Below are positions 63,031 to 64,000 of a stretch of 64,000 nt of DNA, piece after piece; positions within the stretch are counted from its first letter, which is position 1, and every line of letters begins with the position of its first letter. The notes under the pieces were generated by a model, which was not told the DNA's origin, did not search any database, and was given only the letters and a program-made list of their open reading frames with translations. Origin of the DNA: the human T2T-CHM13v2.0 reference genome, Homo sapiens; assembly GCF_009914755.1 (NCBI RefSeq), contig NC_060929.1; one strand, written 5' to 3'. The position numbers and the translations under genes are program-made.

Positions 63031-63774
63031 TGCTCAAAGTGATTTTTTTTTTAGTCCAGCAAATGTCAACATTTCAGGATTTGTCTTCTCTGTGGTGATA
63101 AGCATTAGATGATAAGACCTCTTCTCTCCTGATTTTTTCTCTATAGCAGATGATTTCTGGTGGGTCTCTGCCCATGGAGAGAAAGTGCTAGGCCCTGCAG
63201 TCTCACCTGCTTTTGGCTGCATAGGCCCTGCCTGCTCTACAAATCCATCTTAATGGGTCATTAGAGGTGCCTGGAAACTGTAATTATGGTATAGCATTTC
63301 ACAGGCTTACAATTGAAGGCTGTTTTCTAGACGCCCAAGTGAAGTCTATTGTGGAGTGATTCATCTCAGAGAGTTTGCACCCAATATAATCAATAATGAA
63401 TATAAAAAGGTGCTTGCCTTTAGCACGAGGGAACTCTTACTGTGAGGGCAGTGATATAGGCATCCCCTAATTGGTTGAAATGACACGTATCAGGGCTGGT
63501 GGAGTGGCAGGTATGCTGATGCCTCATGATAGTCAAAGTAGAATGGTGTATTCTGGGGGGATTTTTCTGCAGAAGCAAGGGGGACAAAACACCATTTGTC
63601 CCAGTTAGATCACAGATCCCTCACTACAGGGACAGAATATGAGCACAGTAAAGGATTCTAATAAATCCTCCTGACTGATAGGGAAACTGAGACCCAGAAA
63701 GAAGATATAATCAGCACCTACTGTCAATGTAGGCCTTAGGGAGAGCTGCATCTTGTTTTGAAAGCCTAGCTAAT

Positions 63775-64000
63775 TGTCTTAGGTTGCCTTCTCTGAAAGC
63801 AGAACCTAGATCAGGTATTGTTGAGCAAGCTATTTATTAAATGAGTGCTTCCAGGTAAAACCTATACAGGATATTCAGGGGAAGAAGCTAAGCAAAGTTG
63901 TGGGTTCAGCTGACGTCCAGCCTTAGCCTGATTTTTTTTTTTCCTCTAGAGAAACCAGAAAAGAAGGCTGATCTTATAGGAGGCTTTGGAGTATGAATAG
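63775..64000. mobile_element. ERVL LTR33-like fragment (runs toward the window end)
   Basis: TGTCTTAGGTTGCCTTCTCTGAAAGCAGAACCTAGATCAGG...GCAAGCTATTTATT. Confidence 0.45.

Overview
Primate genomic DNA, almost certainly human chr5q31.1, judging by the Alu/L1/MIR/MaLR content and two recognisable proteins. Two minus-strand protein-coding ORFs lie in the first 14 kb. TIFAB (161 aa, FHA domain; CDS 10625-11110) sits behind a non-coding first exon near 13.4-13.5 kb. DCANP1/C5orf20 (244 aa; 7545-8279) is intronless and lies inside what appears to be the long TIFAB 3'UTR. The remaining ~50 kb has no credible coding gene. It contains interspersed repeats (8 Alus, old L1/L2/MIR fragments, MLT1/THE1 LTRs, several DNA-transposon MITEs), orphan CpG islands, CTCF-like sites and homeodomain-motif clusters. 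These may belong to the regulatory landscape of NEUROG1, which by known gene order lies beyond the right end. I found no prokaryote-type system (CRISPR, defence, operon), and almost all ORFs in the track are noise. The most notable observations are: (1) alternative polyadenylation that would decide whether DCANP1 is carried on the TIFAB mRNA; (2) an abutting MER85+MADE1 pair, i.e. targets of two domesticated primate transposase fusions; (3) an unexplained 55-bp-arm inverted repeat; (4) a 60-bp dispersed duplication. Repeat subfamily calls are by eye from recalled consensus sequences. Their boundaries are approximate unless a TSD is quoted.
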